From the NCBI GenBank assembly GCA_043804695.1, contig JAZDIV010000084.1:1-53160 (forward strand): a stretch of 53,160 nt of DNA, given 5' to 3'. Below, in pieces: positions 1 to 8,918 of the stretch. This DNA is from PVC group bacterium (GTDB taxonomy: Bacteria; Auribacterota; Erginobacteria; Erginobacterales; Erginobacteraceae). Numbering within the stretch: the first letter of the stretch is position 1; each line of letters starts with the position of its first letter. Position numbers and translations under genes: made by a program. The notes under the pieces were generated by a model that had not been told where the DNA came from, searched no databases, and worked only from the letters and a program-made list of their open reading frames with translations.

Positions 1-230
1 TGTTAATTTCAATCTGATATTATTTGCATGATTGCCCGGAGAATTAATCGTTGTTTGACTTGGGATTAATTATTTGCTACTGTGAATAATCTGCGGCTGA
101 TGACCGGTTTTTGCCATCCGGTCGAAATAGAGATGAACACCCTCTCCGTGAGAACTCCAAACCAGCCTGACCGGTAACAGATAATGCCCCAGCACTGAAC
201 AGTGGAGACCTTAGCAAACAGGGCGGCGGT

Positions 231-1265
231 ATGGAAAGAAAAAGATTGATCAGATTGATCCTTAACGGTCTCTGGGGCTTGTTGGTCGTCGTTATTCTGC
301 TTCTCTTCTTCAAGAATCGCCTGGCCGGTCTCCCGGGTTTTTTGACCAAGCTGAAACGGGAGCCGCCGGCGATCGTATCCGGCTTCAAGCCCCGGGAAAT
401 GGCCGGCTTCAGCTGTTCTTTCCGGAGCCCGGAAGACCTGGCGATCTGGAAGACAAACGGGACCCGTCTCGAGCCGTCCGGCCCGCTCCTCGGAGCGAGC
501 GACAGCTGGGCGAAGGCGACATATTATCCGGCGGAGGTGCCCGGCCTGCTCTGGACGGATGAAACAATGGGGGTGATGGACTGGCGGCAGGCGGACGGCT
601 TCTCTTTCACGGCGTATAATCCCCAGTCCTGGCCCATCGATCTCAAGGTGAAAATCAAGGACGTTTCCGGGAACGTGTATCAAAAAAATGCGGTTCTCCC
701 TCCCCGGGAGCAGACAACGATCCGGATCCCGATGGCGGAGATCGCCACCCGGCTTGACCTGAGCCGGGTATCCTACCTCAATCTCTTTCTCTGGCAGCCG
801 TCAACCGAGACCGTCATCTATTACTCCGATCTCTCCTTTTCCTCCCCCGGTGCCCCCCGTTCTTCCTCTGCGCTGGTCAGGTTCATGGGGCTGGAGTTCC
901 CGGCCTCCGCCAGGAGCGGCGAGACCGTGGAAGGAGCATTTTATTTCATCGTCCACCAGCAGCTGTCGGGAGATAACATCCTCCTTCTCCGGCTGCGGCA
1001 GGGGGAAAGTCTCTTTCCGCTGGCCCGGCTGGACCCTCCCTTTCCCACCAGCAAATGGCGCCCCGGGCAGCTTGCCAAGATCGGTCCTTTGCCGATCACC
1101 ATCCCGGAGACGGTGCCGCCCGGCGTCTATCAGCTGGAGGCGGTTCTCGCCCAGCCGCTCCCCGATGACGGAGGCCCGGAGTATTTCTTCCAGTCCTATG
1201 ACAACCCGGAGATCGACGGCTTCGCGGTCAATGAAATAACCGTGACGGATGATGGGGGTACATGA
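231..1265 (+). CDS. Membrane-anchored hypothetical protein: carbohydrate-binding-like beta-sandwich module plus C-terminal Ig-like module; paralog of the next gene
   Basis: 344-aa ORF with an N-terminal hydrophobic helix. It shares a DW...D module and the C-terminal module (W..GQ...GP..I.IP...PPG.Y ... Y.NP.I.G..V..I.V) with 1398..2882. Confidence 0.7.
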   Translation: MERKRLIRLILNGLWGLLVVVILLLFFKNRLAGLPGFLTKLKREPPAIVSGFKPREMAGFSCSFRSPEDLAIWKTNGTRLEPSGPLLGASDSWAKATYYPAEVPGLLWTDETMGVMDWRQADGFSFTAYNPQSWPIDLKVKIKDVSGNVYQKNAVLPPREQTTIRIPMAEIATRLDLSRVSYLNLFLWQPSTETVIYYSDLSFSSPGAPRSSSALVRFMGLEFPASARSGETVEGAFYFIVHQQLSGDNILLLRLRQGESLFPLARLDPPFPTSKWRPGQLAKIGPLPITIPETVPPGVYQLEAVLAQPLPDDGGPEYFFQSYDNPEIDGFAVNEITVTDDGGT

Positions 1266-1271
1266 TAGCCT

Positions 1272-1312
1272 GAGCTTACTGAAAAGTAAGCTTTAAAATT
1301 TCGAACAGGGTC
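1272..1312 (-). mobile_element. Minimal 41-bp MITE-like remnant made of the two ends of the element at 50670..50908
   Basis: tttcgaacagggtcta is the exact reverse complement of tagaccctgttcgaaa (50668). gagcttact-gaaaag..taagct matches the reverse complement of 50881..50908. Confidence 0.6.
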
Positions 1313-1397
1313 TATCCTGTTCCCCGTCATTGAACAGGGGTGGGTATCCAGTTAGGGGTCATCACGTTATGGATAGCAACGCCATGTAAGGAGCCGC

Positions 1398-2882
1398 GTG
1401 AAAAACAAACTGTGCCTGATCGTATCGATCCCGGTCTTTTTAGCCCTGCTTGCCCCGGGGGAACTTTTGGCGGAGGAGTACGGGAGCCACAAGACGGAGA
1501 TCCGGGAGGGCGAGCCCCGGCTGGCCTTTGTCAGTTTCAATTTCCCGACGGAGATTGTCCAGGGGGAGCTGGTCTCCGCCAGCCTGTTCTTCAGGGCCAT
1601 AAAACCGCTGGAAAAACCGGAGAAGGTGTTTTTTCACCTGGTGAAACCGGGTCGGCAGGAGACCGTGTACAACGCGGACTTCTTCCCCCGGCATTCAACC
1701 CTTCTCTGGGATGTCAACCAGGTGGTGGAGGCGGGTCCTTTCGAGCTGGCCATCCCCGATAACCTGGAACCGGGAGAGTACGAGGTCCGGGCGGGACTGA
1801 TGGAGATCGTGAGAGAGGAGTCGCAGGTTCGCTATGTCCGGGAGCCCTATATCAACACCGGGATCAAGGATTTCGGCATCGGCAAGCTGACGGTGACCAA
1901 AACGGACGTCCCCGATGATCCCGGGCCGAGCGAATTTGACCTGGTCTCTTTCAACAACGAGCAGGATATTATCTTCTGGGAGACCCTGGGGGCCACGGTC
2001 GAGTTCTTTAAATATGACGATGAAGATGAGCAGAGTACCACCGCCGCCAAGGTCACGATCCTTCCCGGGCCAGGATACCCGGGCGTCATCCTGGAGAATG
2101 TCTTCCAGATCCTGCCCCGGTCCGGCGACTGGTCCCTCTATGACACTCTTCAGATGCAGTTCTTTGTCCCGGCCGAGGGGAAGGCGGCGGGATTCTTCCT
2201 CCAGATCACCGACTATTCAGGTCAGATGTTTCAGACCACGGTATCCCTTCTGCCGGGAAAAACCAGCACGATAGACCTGAGCATGGTCGACCTGAGCGGC
2301 AAGATCAACGTCTCCTCGATCATGCGGGTGAAGCTCTTTGTCATGGCTCCGTCGCATCCCGTTACCTTCTATATCTCCCGGTCGCGCCTCATTTCCCGGG
2401 GGATGCCGACGGGGAAGCCGGCGGTCACCTTTGTCCGCCTGGAGGCGCCCGAGAAGGTCAAGCGGGGCCAGCCCTTCCGGGTCCGGGGGGTGTTTAGCCT
2501 TGACCAGCCGGTCTTCCAGACGCACAAGATGTTTGTTCATGTCTACCGGGTGAACGATGGCGCGGGGCGCGTGATGACGGACGCCCACCTCACTCCCCCG
2601 ATCAGGGGGTGGGGGCTGAATCAGGAGGTCGGGGTCGATTCGGCTCCGCTGCTGATCAGGCCCGACGCGCCCCCCGGCACGTACGTGGTCAGGATGGGGC
2701 TCTACCTGATCGCTTATACAGACGGGGGCGGGTATGTCAAGATCGATGACTGGAATGCCTACGGGGGGAAGGAAGAAGTCATCAATGTCATGCAGTCGGA
2801 CGGCCCCATCGACTACATCAAGCAGCCCTACACCAATCCCGATATCCAGGGCTGGGAGGTCGGGACCATCGCCGTTGAATGA
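1398..2882 (+). CDS. Secreted hypothetical protein with Ig-like / CBM-like / Ig-like (A-B-A) architecture
   Basis: GTG start after aaggag RBS; signal peptide ending LLA-EE; internal duplication (YVREPYINTGIKDFGIGKLTVT vs YIKQPYTNPDIQGWEVGTIAVE). Confidence 0.75.
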   Translation: MKNKLCLIVSIPVFLALLAPGELLAEEYGSHKTEIREGEPRLAFVSFNFPTEIVQGELVSASLFFRAIKPLEKPEKVFFHLVKPGRQETVYNADFFPRHSTLLWDVNQVVEAGPFELAIPDNLEPGEYEVRAGLMEIVREESQVRYVREPYINTGIKDFGIGKLTVTKTDVPDDPGPSEFDLVSFNNEQDIIFWETLGATVEFFKYDDEDEQSTTAAKVTILPGPGYPGVILENVFQILPRSGDWSLYDTLQMQFFVPAEGKAAGFFLQITDYSGQMFQTTVSLLPGKTSTIDLSMVDLSGKINVSSIMRVKLFVMAPSHPVTFYISRSRLISRGMPTGKPAVTFVRLEAPEKVKRGQPFRVRGVFSLDQPVFQTHKMFVHVYRVNDGAGRVMTDAHLTPPIRGWGLNQEVGVDSAPLLIRPDAPPGTYVVRMGLYLIAYTDGGGYVKIDDWNAYGGKEEVINVMQSDGPIDYIKQPYTNPDIQGWEVGTIAVE

Positions 2883-2890
2883 GATTTATA

Positions 2891-2973
2891 AATTAGCGCC
2901 TGCGGCGCTAATTATCAAGTAGTACTTTTAAAAGTGTTCTTATCATAAATATGCGCCGAAGGCGCACATTTAT
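2891..2973. repeat. Two GNA-triloop hairpins
   Basis: aattagcgcc-TGC-ggcgctaatt (2891..2913) and ataaatatgcgcc-GAA-ggcgcacatttat (2945..2973). Confidence 0.7.
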
Positions 2974-2987
2974 AGGGGGGGATCGCG

Positions 2988-3839
2988 GTGCGGAATCGCC
3001 GGTGCAAGATGCTGGTCATCGGCGCCGTAGCCGTCGCGGCGGCGGCCGCCGTTTTCTGGTTTATCCTTTTTGACGCCCTGGTCCTGGAGCCGAACTGGAT
3101 CGTGGTGGAACGGGTGGTGATTGAGGACGAGGTTCTGGCCCGGGCTCTGGGCGGCCTCGCCATCGCCCAGATCTCCGACCTGCACCTCCGGGGTAAACTG
3201 GGGTTCCGGGAGGAAGAACTGATCCGGAAACTCAACCGGCTTTCCCCCGATATCATCGTCTTCACCGGCGACCTGGTGGAAGACGGAACCGCGGCGCCGC
3301 TGGCGGCCGAGTTTATCCGCCGGCTTAAGCCCGCGTTATGGTGCTACGGGATCCTGGGGAATGCCGACCGCAGGTATCTCTCGGGGGAAACCTACCGGGA
3401 AAACTGGAAGCGTTCCGGCCTCTCCCTGATCGGAGGGAAATGCCTGCCGATGGGAGGAAAGGGGGAGGGGATTTTCTGGCTGGGAGGGATCGACTTCCCC
3501 GGTTACGAAGCGCCGGGGATGGAGGAGGAGATCGACCGGATTATGGAGGAAGTCCCTCCCGGGGCGCCGCTGATCTTTCTCTCCTATGATCCCGACCTGG
3601 CGCCGCTCCTGATCCGGAAAGGCGCCGACCTGGTCCTCTCCGGCGACACGCACGGCGGCCTGATCGGACTCCCCGGATGGCCGAAGATCTTTCATCGTTT
3701 TTTCCGCCGGACCTCTTTCATCCGGGGGCTCTTTGCCATCGACGGGGGAATCCTCTATGTCAACCGGGGCATCGCTCCCAAGGGACTGCCTCTCCGGTTT
3801 CTCTGTCCGCCGGAGATAACCCTGTTCCAATTTAAATGA
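2988..3839 (+). CDS. YkuE/YaeI-like metallophosphoesterase with substituted metal ligands
   Basis: N-terminal TM helix; SDLH and TGD motifs present, but GNAD, SYDPD and GDTHGG replace GNHD, H.PD and GHTHGG; C-terminal VNRG...R..CPPEI motif. Confidence 0.85.
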   Translation: MRNRRCKMLVIGAVAVAAAAAVFWFILFDALVLEPNWIVVERVVIEDEVLARALGGLAIAQISDLHLRGKLGFREEELIRKLNRLSPDIIVFTGDLVEDGTAAPLAAEFIRRLKPALWCYGILGNADRRYLSGETYRENWKRSGLSLIGGKCLPMGGKGEGIFWLGGIDFPGYEAPGMEEEIDRIMEEVPPGAPLIFLSYDPDLAPLLIRKGADLVLSGDTHGGLIGLPGWPKIFHRFFRRTSFIRGLFAIDGGILYVNRGIAPKGLPLRFLCPPEITLFQFK

Positions 3840-3893
3840 GCGAGCTGCGCTCGCTAATTTACTGTTTCGCTTCCGTTGGCAGTCCGGAACGTC

Positions 3894-3930
3894 CTGATCA
3901 CTGATCACTGATTACTGATTACTGATTACT
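3894..3930. repeat. 7-nt periodic repeat (CTGATYA)x5, pyrimidine arm only
   Basis: ctgatca ctgatca ctgatta ctgatta ctgatta ct. Confidence 0.9.
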
Positions 3931-3970
3931 TCTTTCCCCGAGATAGCTTTTTAGCCCATAAAAACGGAAT

Positions 3971-4762
3971 ATGGCCACAATGACCAGAATCCCCGTCCTC
4001 ATGTATCACAGCGTCAGCGATTCGGAGGAGTACGGCGGATTGCCGTCCTCCTGCCGGCCGATCGGCTACCGGTTGACGGTCAGCGGCTTCGAAGATCATC
4101 TGGCCGGTTTGCGGGAGGGGGGCTGGAGCACCGTCTCCCTGGCCGGCCTCGCGGCCGCCCGGGAGGGGAGGGGAGAGCTCCCCGGGAAGCCGGTTGTGCT
4201 CACCTTTGATGACGGGTATGCCGACAACGCGCAGGCGGTTCTTCCCCGCCTGCTGGCCTGTGGTTTTCGAGCGACCTTCTTTCTCAGCGTGTCGTCTCTG
4301 GGGGAGCCGGGGATGATGGATTTCCCGGCGGCCGCGCGTCTGCTGGATGCCGGCATGGAGATCGGCTCCCACGGGATGGGCCACCGGCTCTTATCCGGCC
4401 TGGCTGAACCGGCGCTCCGCTGGGAACTGGATGAATCCCGCCGGCGCCTGGGCGATGGACTCGGGACCGGGATAGATTTCTTCTCTCTTCCCCGCGGTTT
4501 CCTGCCGCCGTCCCTTCCGGAACTGGCGCGCGCCGCCGGCTATCGCGGCCTCTGCACCTCCCGTCCGGGGTTTTATACCGGGAGAACCGACCCGTTTGAC
4601 ATCCCCCGGTTCCCGGTGAGATCCCGGTGGGGGCGCCGGGAGCTGGAGGGGGTTCTGACCGGCCGCGGATGGGACTGCCGGAGGATCATGGCCGCCGAGA
4701 AGATCCGTTCCCTGCTCAGGAGGCGTTTCCGCTTTACCGTTTTTGCCGGGCAAAAACGGTAA
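3971..4762 (+). CDS. Polysaccharide deacetylase (NodB/CE4 family)
   Basis: PVLMYH, LTFDDG, EIGSHGMGH motifs. Confidence 0.9.
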   Translation: MATMTRIPVLMYHSVSDSEEYGGLPSSCRPIGYRLTVSGFEDHLAGLREGGWSTVSLAGLAAAREGRGELPGKPVVLTFDDGYADNAQAVLPRLLACGFRATFFLSVSSLGEPGMMDFPAAARLLDAGMEIGSHGMGHRLLSGLAEPALRWELDESRRRLGDGLGTGIDFFSLPRGFLPPSLPELARAAGYRGLCTSRPGFYTGRTDPFDIPRFPVRSRWGRRELEGVLTGRGWDCRRIMAAEKIRSLLRRRFRFTVFAGQKR

Positions 4763-4803
4763 CGGGGGATTTTTACCGAGTTAAATTATGGACATGAACC
4801 TGT

Positions 4804-5673
4804 ATGGATTGTACACCGGAAGCAACGACTGACCGGCCGGGGACCGGGGCCTGGAAGAAGGCTGCTCCAGCGGTGCTCCTGGCCCTGGTTTTAATTGTTG
4901 TCTTCTGGCCGACGCTCCGCTGGATGAACGAACGGTTCTTCGAGGAGAACTCGTATTACGGCCACGGCTGGCTGATCGCGGCGGCGATCGGCTTCTTGCT
5001 TTACCAGCGCCGGGGAGCGATTACCCGTCAACCGGCTCGTCCGAGCTGGCGGGGCCTGGCGGTGGCGGCCGGGGGGCTGTTGCTTCACCTGGTCGCCCAA
5101 TTTTTCGGGGTTAACTTTCTCTCCGCGGCGTCCCTCCCCGTTGTTGTCATCGGCCTGGTCCTTGCTCACTGGGGGCCGCGCCGGGCCCGGTGTTTCATCG
5201 GTCCGCTTTTTCTCTGTGTCTTCATGATCCCGCTCCCGGGGATCTGGATCATCTCAATCGCGTTCCGTCTCAAGCTTTACTCGGCCGCCGCCGGGGTCGC
5301 CCTGGCCAGAGCCCTGGGGATTGCCATCGTCCGCAACGGGATCGAGATCTATCTCCCCGCCGCCCCGCCCGGAGAAGTGCTCACCATCGGCGATCCCTGC
5401 AGCGGCCTGAGATCACTGATCTCCTTCGGAGCTCTGGGGGGATTTTTCTTTTTTCTTTTCCCCCTTTCTCTCCTCCGGCGGTCGGCGATTTTCCTGACGG
5501 CGGTGCTTCTCGCTCCGCTCAGCAACATTCTCCGGGTGGTCGGTCTGATCGTTCTTCGTCAGACGATCGGGCCCGGGGTGCTGAGGGGCCCCTGGCACGT
5601 AATCCTGGGAGTGCTGATATTCTTTCTCTGTTTTTTCATTTTTCTTCAGGTGGTGAGATGGCTGCTCCGTTGA
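4804..5673 (+). CDS. Exosortase (EpsH/Xrt family)
   Basis: Multi-TM protein; YGHGWL, catalytic CSGLRSL, N.LRV and WH motifs. Confidence 0.9.
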   Translation: MDCTPEATTDRPGTGAWKKAAPAVLLALVLIVVFWPTLRWMNERFFEENSYYGHGWLIAAAIGFLLYQRRGAITRQPARPSWRGLAVAAGGLLLHLVAQFFGVNFLSAASLPVVVIGLVLAHWGPRRARCFIGPLFLCVFMIPLPGIWIISIAFRLKLYSAAAGVALARALGIAIVRNGIEIYLPAAPPGEVLTIGDPCSGLRSLISFGALGGFFFFLFPLSLLRRSAIFLTAVLLAPLSNILRVVGLIVLRQTIGPGVLRGPWHVILGVLIFFLCFFIFLQVVRWLLR

Positions 5674-6314
5674 CCCCGAGACGCGCGTACATCATCAGTC
5701 TGGCGCTCCTGCTGATCGGCGCCGGGCTGATCGCGCTCTTTCGGGCGGGGTCGGGTGAAAGGGGCCCGGCCGGGGGCCTGGCCCGCCTGCCGCTGCGGAT
5801 TGACGGCTGGATCGGGCGGGAGATACCGGTCCCGGATCGGGAGAGGGCCTTTCTGGGGACGGAGAACGTTATCCTCCGGCAATACCGCCAGGGGGGGGAT
5901 GCGGTCAACCTCTACATTCTGGAATGCTCATCCAACCGGGCTTCTTTTCACCCCCCCGAGTACTGCTATGTCGGCGGCCGGACCGAGATGGCGGAAAAGG
6001 GGATGAGAACGATCCGGTATGACGGGAAAACGATCACCGCCCATCGTTTCGTCTTTCTCGGGCCCCGGGGCCGAAGCCTGGTGTATTACTGGTACAGCTT
6101 CGGAGGGAGGTTTTTGGCCGACTATTACCGGCAGCAGCTGCATGTTGTCGCTTCCATCATTTTCGGCCGCCCACAGCCCGCTCTCCTGATCAGAATGTCC
6201 GTGGAGGGGACGTTTGAGATGGACAGGGGGGAGGCGGCGATCGCGGCTTTTGTCCGGGAGGCGATGCCGGCGGTGACGGAGTTCCTGCGGGAGGAGCAGG
6301 AAAGGGATCAGTGA
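5658..6314 (+). CDS. epsI: EpsI-family exosortase-associated protein
   Basis: Likely start is the ATG at 5658, overlapping the exosortase stop; LP.RIDGW.G, FHPPEYCY.G and VYYWY motifs. Confidence 0.85.
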   Translation: MAAPLTPRRAYIISLALLLIGAGLIALFRAGSGERGPAGGLARLPLRIDGWIGREIPVPDRERAFLGTENVILRQYRQGGDAVNLYILECSSNRASFHPPEYCYVGGRTEMAEKGMRTIRYDGKTITAHRFVFLGPRGRSLVYYWYSFGGRFLADYYRQQLHVVASIIFGRPQPALLIRMSVEGTFEMDRGEAAIAAFVREAMPAVTEFLREEQERDQ

Positions 6315-6442
6315 TCAGTGGTCAGCGATCGGCCATCAGTGATTCCGGGCGGTGGGCGGTCAGCAGTGTTTTAAAGGTAAGCGGCTATCGGTGAGCAGTA
6401 AGCGGTGGAATCAGCGGATACTGCTTACCGCTCACTGCTTAC
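6306..6442. repeat. 7-nt periodic inverted repeat between convergent genes
   Basis: gatcagt/ggtaagc/ggtgagc-type units, then tactgcttaccgctcactgcttac, which is the exact reverse complement of 22582..22605. Confidence 0.8.
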
Positions 6443-6446
6443 AGTT

Positions 6447-7847
6447 TTACTTCACTCCTTTCCCCCGGATCACCACCCCCACGGTCTTGAGCACGATCAG
6501 CACGTCGAGGGCCAGGCACATGTTCTCCAGATAAAAGATGTCGTAGAGCAGTTTTTCCCGGTGTTCGCCGACGGTGGCCGAGTATCCATAGGTAACCTGC
6601 GCCCAGCCCGTGATCCCCGGTTTCGCCTCCAGCCGTTCGGCGTAAAAAGGTATTTTTTCCATCAGCTCCTTCACGAAATAAGGCCGCTCCGGCCGGGGTC
6701 CGACGATGCTCATCTCATTGATGAAGACGTTGTACAGCTGCGGGAGTTCGTCCAGGCGAAACCGGCGGAGAAACCTTCCCACCGGCGTGATCCGCGGGTC
6801 GTCCGGCTCGGCGAACGACGGTCCCCGGTCTTCGCTCCCGACAAACATGGTCCGGAATTTATAGATGATGAAGGGGTCCCCGTGACGGCCGGCCCGTTCC
6901 TGCCGGTAGAGGACCGGTCCCGGGGATGTCGCTTTCACGACCGCGGCGATCAGCAGAAGAATCGGCGAGAAAGCGATCAGCCCGATGATGGCGGCGGCCG
7001 TGTCGAGGAGCCTCTTCAGGTCCTTATACCAGGACACCCGGTGGGAGATGGGGCTGATCAGGGGGACCCGCTCCGTGGGGCTGGTCGCCATCGAGCCGAT
7101 GACCGCCTCATAGAGGCTGGGGACAATCCGGAAGACGACATCGGTCTGGTTGAACTGGGTAAAGATGGCGAGGATCATCTCCTTGGGCATCTGGCTGGCA
7201 ATCACGACCTCGTCGATGACATGGCTGTCGATGATCCGGGGGATGTCCTCCACGGTCCCCAGGAGGAAGGGGTTGCCGGGATGCCGGTCGGCCTCCCGGC
7301 TCACGCTGATGAATCCGACCAGATGGCGGGAGATGTGGGCTTCCCGGAGGAGGCGGGTGGCCAGCCGCTGGGCCTCGTGGTCGGTCCCGATGATCAGCGT
7401 GTTGGAGATGAAGTAGTTCTTTCCCATGATCAGGTTGATCAACCGTTTGGTGATGAGGCGCCAGACGATGATCAGCGGGATGGTGATCAGGTAGGAGTAA
7501 AAGATCACCATCCGGGGGTAGGCGAACGCCCGGAAGAGAAAAGCGGCCACGATGATGATCAGCGTGCCGGCGGTCGTGGCCTTGATGACGCTGAGGACGA
7601 TGTCGTAGGTGGTCTTGAACTTCGGCTTGTCGTAGAGGCCGTAGATGTAAAAACAGAGGAGCCGGAGGACGAGGATCGGAAGGAGTATCTTCAGGTAGGC
7701 GGCGAAGTTCACGCGGGGAAAAGGCCCCGCCGCGCGCCCGAAACGGATGACGAACGCGGCGATATCGGCGCCGAAGACCAGGGCCGCATCCATCACCAGG
7801 GAGCCGGCGACCAGCAGGATCTTGGAGGGAAATTCAGGCTTATTCAT
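6447..7847 (-). CDS. Undecaprenyl-phosphate sugar-1-phosphate transferase (WcaJ/WbaP family priming transferase)
   Basis: N-terminal TMs, CoA-binding-like middle domain, KFRTM, DPRIT.VG.FLRR.RLDELPQ, GPRPE and PGITGWAQ motifs; start taken at MNKPEF. Confidence 0.93.
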   Translation of the reverse strand: MNKPEFPSKILLVAGSLVMDAALVFGADIAAFVIRFGRAAGPFPRVNFAAYLKILLPILVLRLLCFYIYGLYDKPKFKTTYDIVLSVIKATTAGTLIIIVAAFLFRAFAYPRMVIFYSYLITIPLIIVWRLITKRLINLIMGKNYFISNTLIIGTDHEAQRLATRLLREAHISRHLVGFISVSREADRHPGNPFLLGTVEDIPRIIDSHVIDEVVIASQMPKEMILAIFTQFNQTDVVFRIVPSLYEAVIGSMATSPTERVPLISPISHRVSWYKDLKRLLDTAAAIIGLIAFSPILLLIAAVVKATSPGPVLYRQERAGRHGDPFIIYKFRTMFVGSEDRGPSFAEPDDPRITPVGRFLRRFRLDELPQLYNVFINEMSIVGPRPERPYFVKELMEKIPFYAERLEAKPGITGWAQVTYGYSATVGEHREKLLYDIFYLENMCLALDVLIVLKTVGVVIRGKGVK

Positions 7848-8805
7848 TGAGGAAGACGGCAAATCCTTTCCGTAAATTCCGGTGCGTCTTCCGGGCGTCG
7901 ATATCGGCCACCGTCATGTCGGGGAGGATCCTGGTTGCCACCACCTGCCCGATCTCCCGGTCGCGGTCCATGACCCGGAACCGGTCCCCCGTTTTCGCCC
8001 CGTCGCTCTCCCCCCGGTTGAGGACGACGAAAGCGTATTCCGGGTTGACTTTTAAAATCACGCCCTGGAGGGAGGATATGGCCGCCCGGCTGTTCTTGAC
8101 CACCAGCCCGGGCATCTCGACCGCGCCGGAGGAACCGGCTTGCTCCTGGATCTGAAAGAGCCGATCTTGAAGGCTTTTTTTATCTTCCAGCAGGCTCTCG
8201 ATCTTTCCGAATAGCCGTTTTTCCGTTTCCCGGTCCTCCCGTACGGCCGCCTGGAGTTCGGAGATGGTCTCCTGCTCGGCTTTCAGCCGGTTTTCCAGGG
8301 TCCGGGTGTACGAGTGGGTGGTTTCAATCTGTTTCTTCAGGTCGTTCTGGTCCGCCTGCAGGGTGGTGACCTGGCCCTTCAGCTGTTCCCGGACGGCTGC
8401 GGTCTCCTTCAGATCATTGGCGGTGTCGTTGAGCTCCCTGATCTTGTCGGCCAGGTTCTGCTCCAGTCCCGCCAGCTGTTCTTCGATCAGCTTTAGGGTT
8501 CCCCTCTCTTCCGCGAGCTTCCGGGACTGGGAGCGGGCATGAGCGAAGAGGGCGATCAGGCCCACCGCGAGGAGACCGATGACGACCGGCATGATCAAAC
8601 GGCTCCGGCCGGCCCGGCCGCGGGGGATGAAGCCGAAAAGAGCTTTCCGGCGCGGGTGTTCGCTCCCGTGGCTGTTCTCGGCCGCCGGCGCGGTGTCCGG
8701 GGACGGGGTGCTCCCGGGGGACCCGGCCTTTTCTCCCGGGATGGCTTTCGTGATTTCAGGCGCGTTCCCGCCGGTTGGTTGGCCTGTGGCCTCGTCCACC
8801 ATCAT
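7840..8805 (-). CDS. Single-pass membrane protein with long coiled coil and C-terminal beta-barrel domain
   Basis: TM helix, heptad-rich ~130-aa region, C-terminal G.ILKVN...FVVLNRG..DG...GD motif; aaggag RBS; stop overlaps the start of the priming transferase. Confidence 0.75.
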   Translation of the reverse strand: MMVDEATGQPTGGNAPEITKAIPGEKAGSPGSTPSPDTAPAAENSHGSEHPRRKALFGFIPRGRAGRSRLIMPVVIGLLAVGLIALFAHARSQSRKLAEERGTLKLIEEQLAGLEQNLADKIRELNDTANDLKETAAVREQLKGQVTTLQADQNDLKKQIETTHSYTRTLENRLKAEQETISELQAAVREDRETEKRLFGKIESLLEDKKSLQDRLFQIQEQAGSSGAVEMPGLVVKNSRAAISSLQGVILKVNPEYAFVVLNRGESDGAKTGDRFRVMDRDREIGQVVATRILPDMTVADIDARKTHRNLRKGFAVFLNE

Positions 8806-8848
8806 GAACTCTCCTTCTCTGACGGTTCATTTATTTGATGAGAGGGGA

Positions 8849-8888
8849 ATGGTAAATTTCTTGAACTGGAGGCGTCAAGTGGTATATT
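8849..8888. promoter_or_regulatory. Putative overlapping divergent sigma-70 promoters
   Basis: Plus strand TTGAAC-16-TATATT with upstream TG; minus strand TTGACG-18-TACCAT; located between divergent genes. Confidence 0.4.
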
Positions 8889-8918
8889 GTACCTTTCCCC
8901 GGTAAAGTCGAGGAAAAA

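Noticed and set aside
180-233. JUMPstart/ops-like element or riboswitch ahead of the EPS locus
   Set aside because: ggcggtat only partly matches GGCGGTAG and overlaps the start codon; no recognisable aptamer consensus.
5190-5657. N-terminal extension of the EpsI ORF
   Set aside because: Overlaps the exosortase in another frame; EpsI-like sequence begins at the ATG at 5658.
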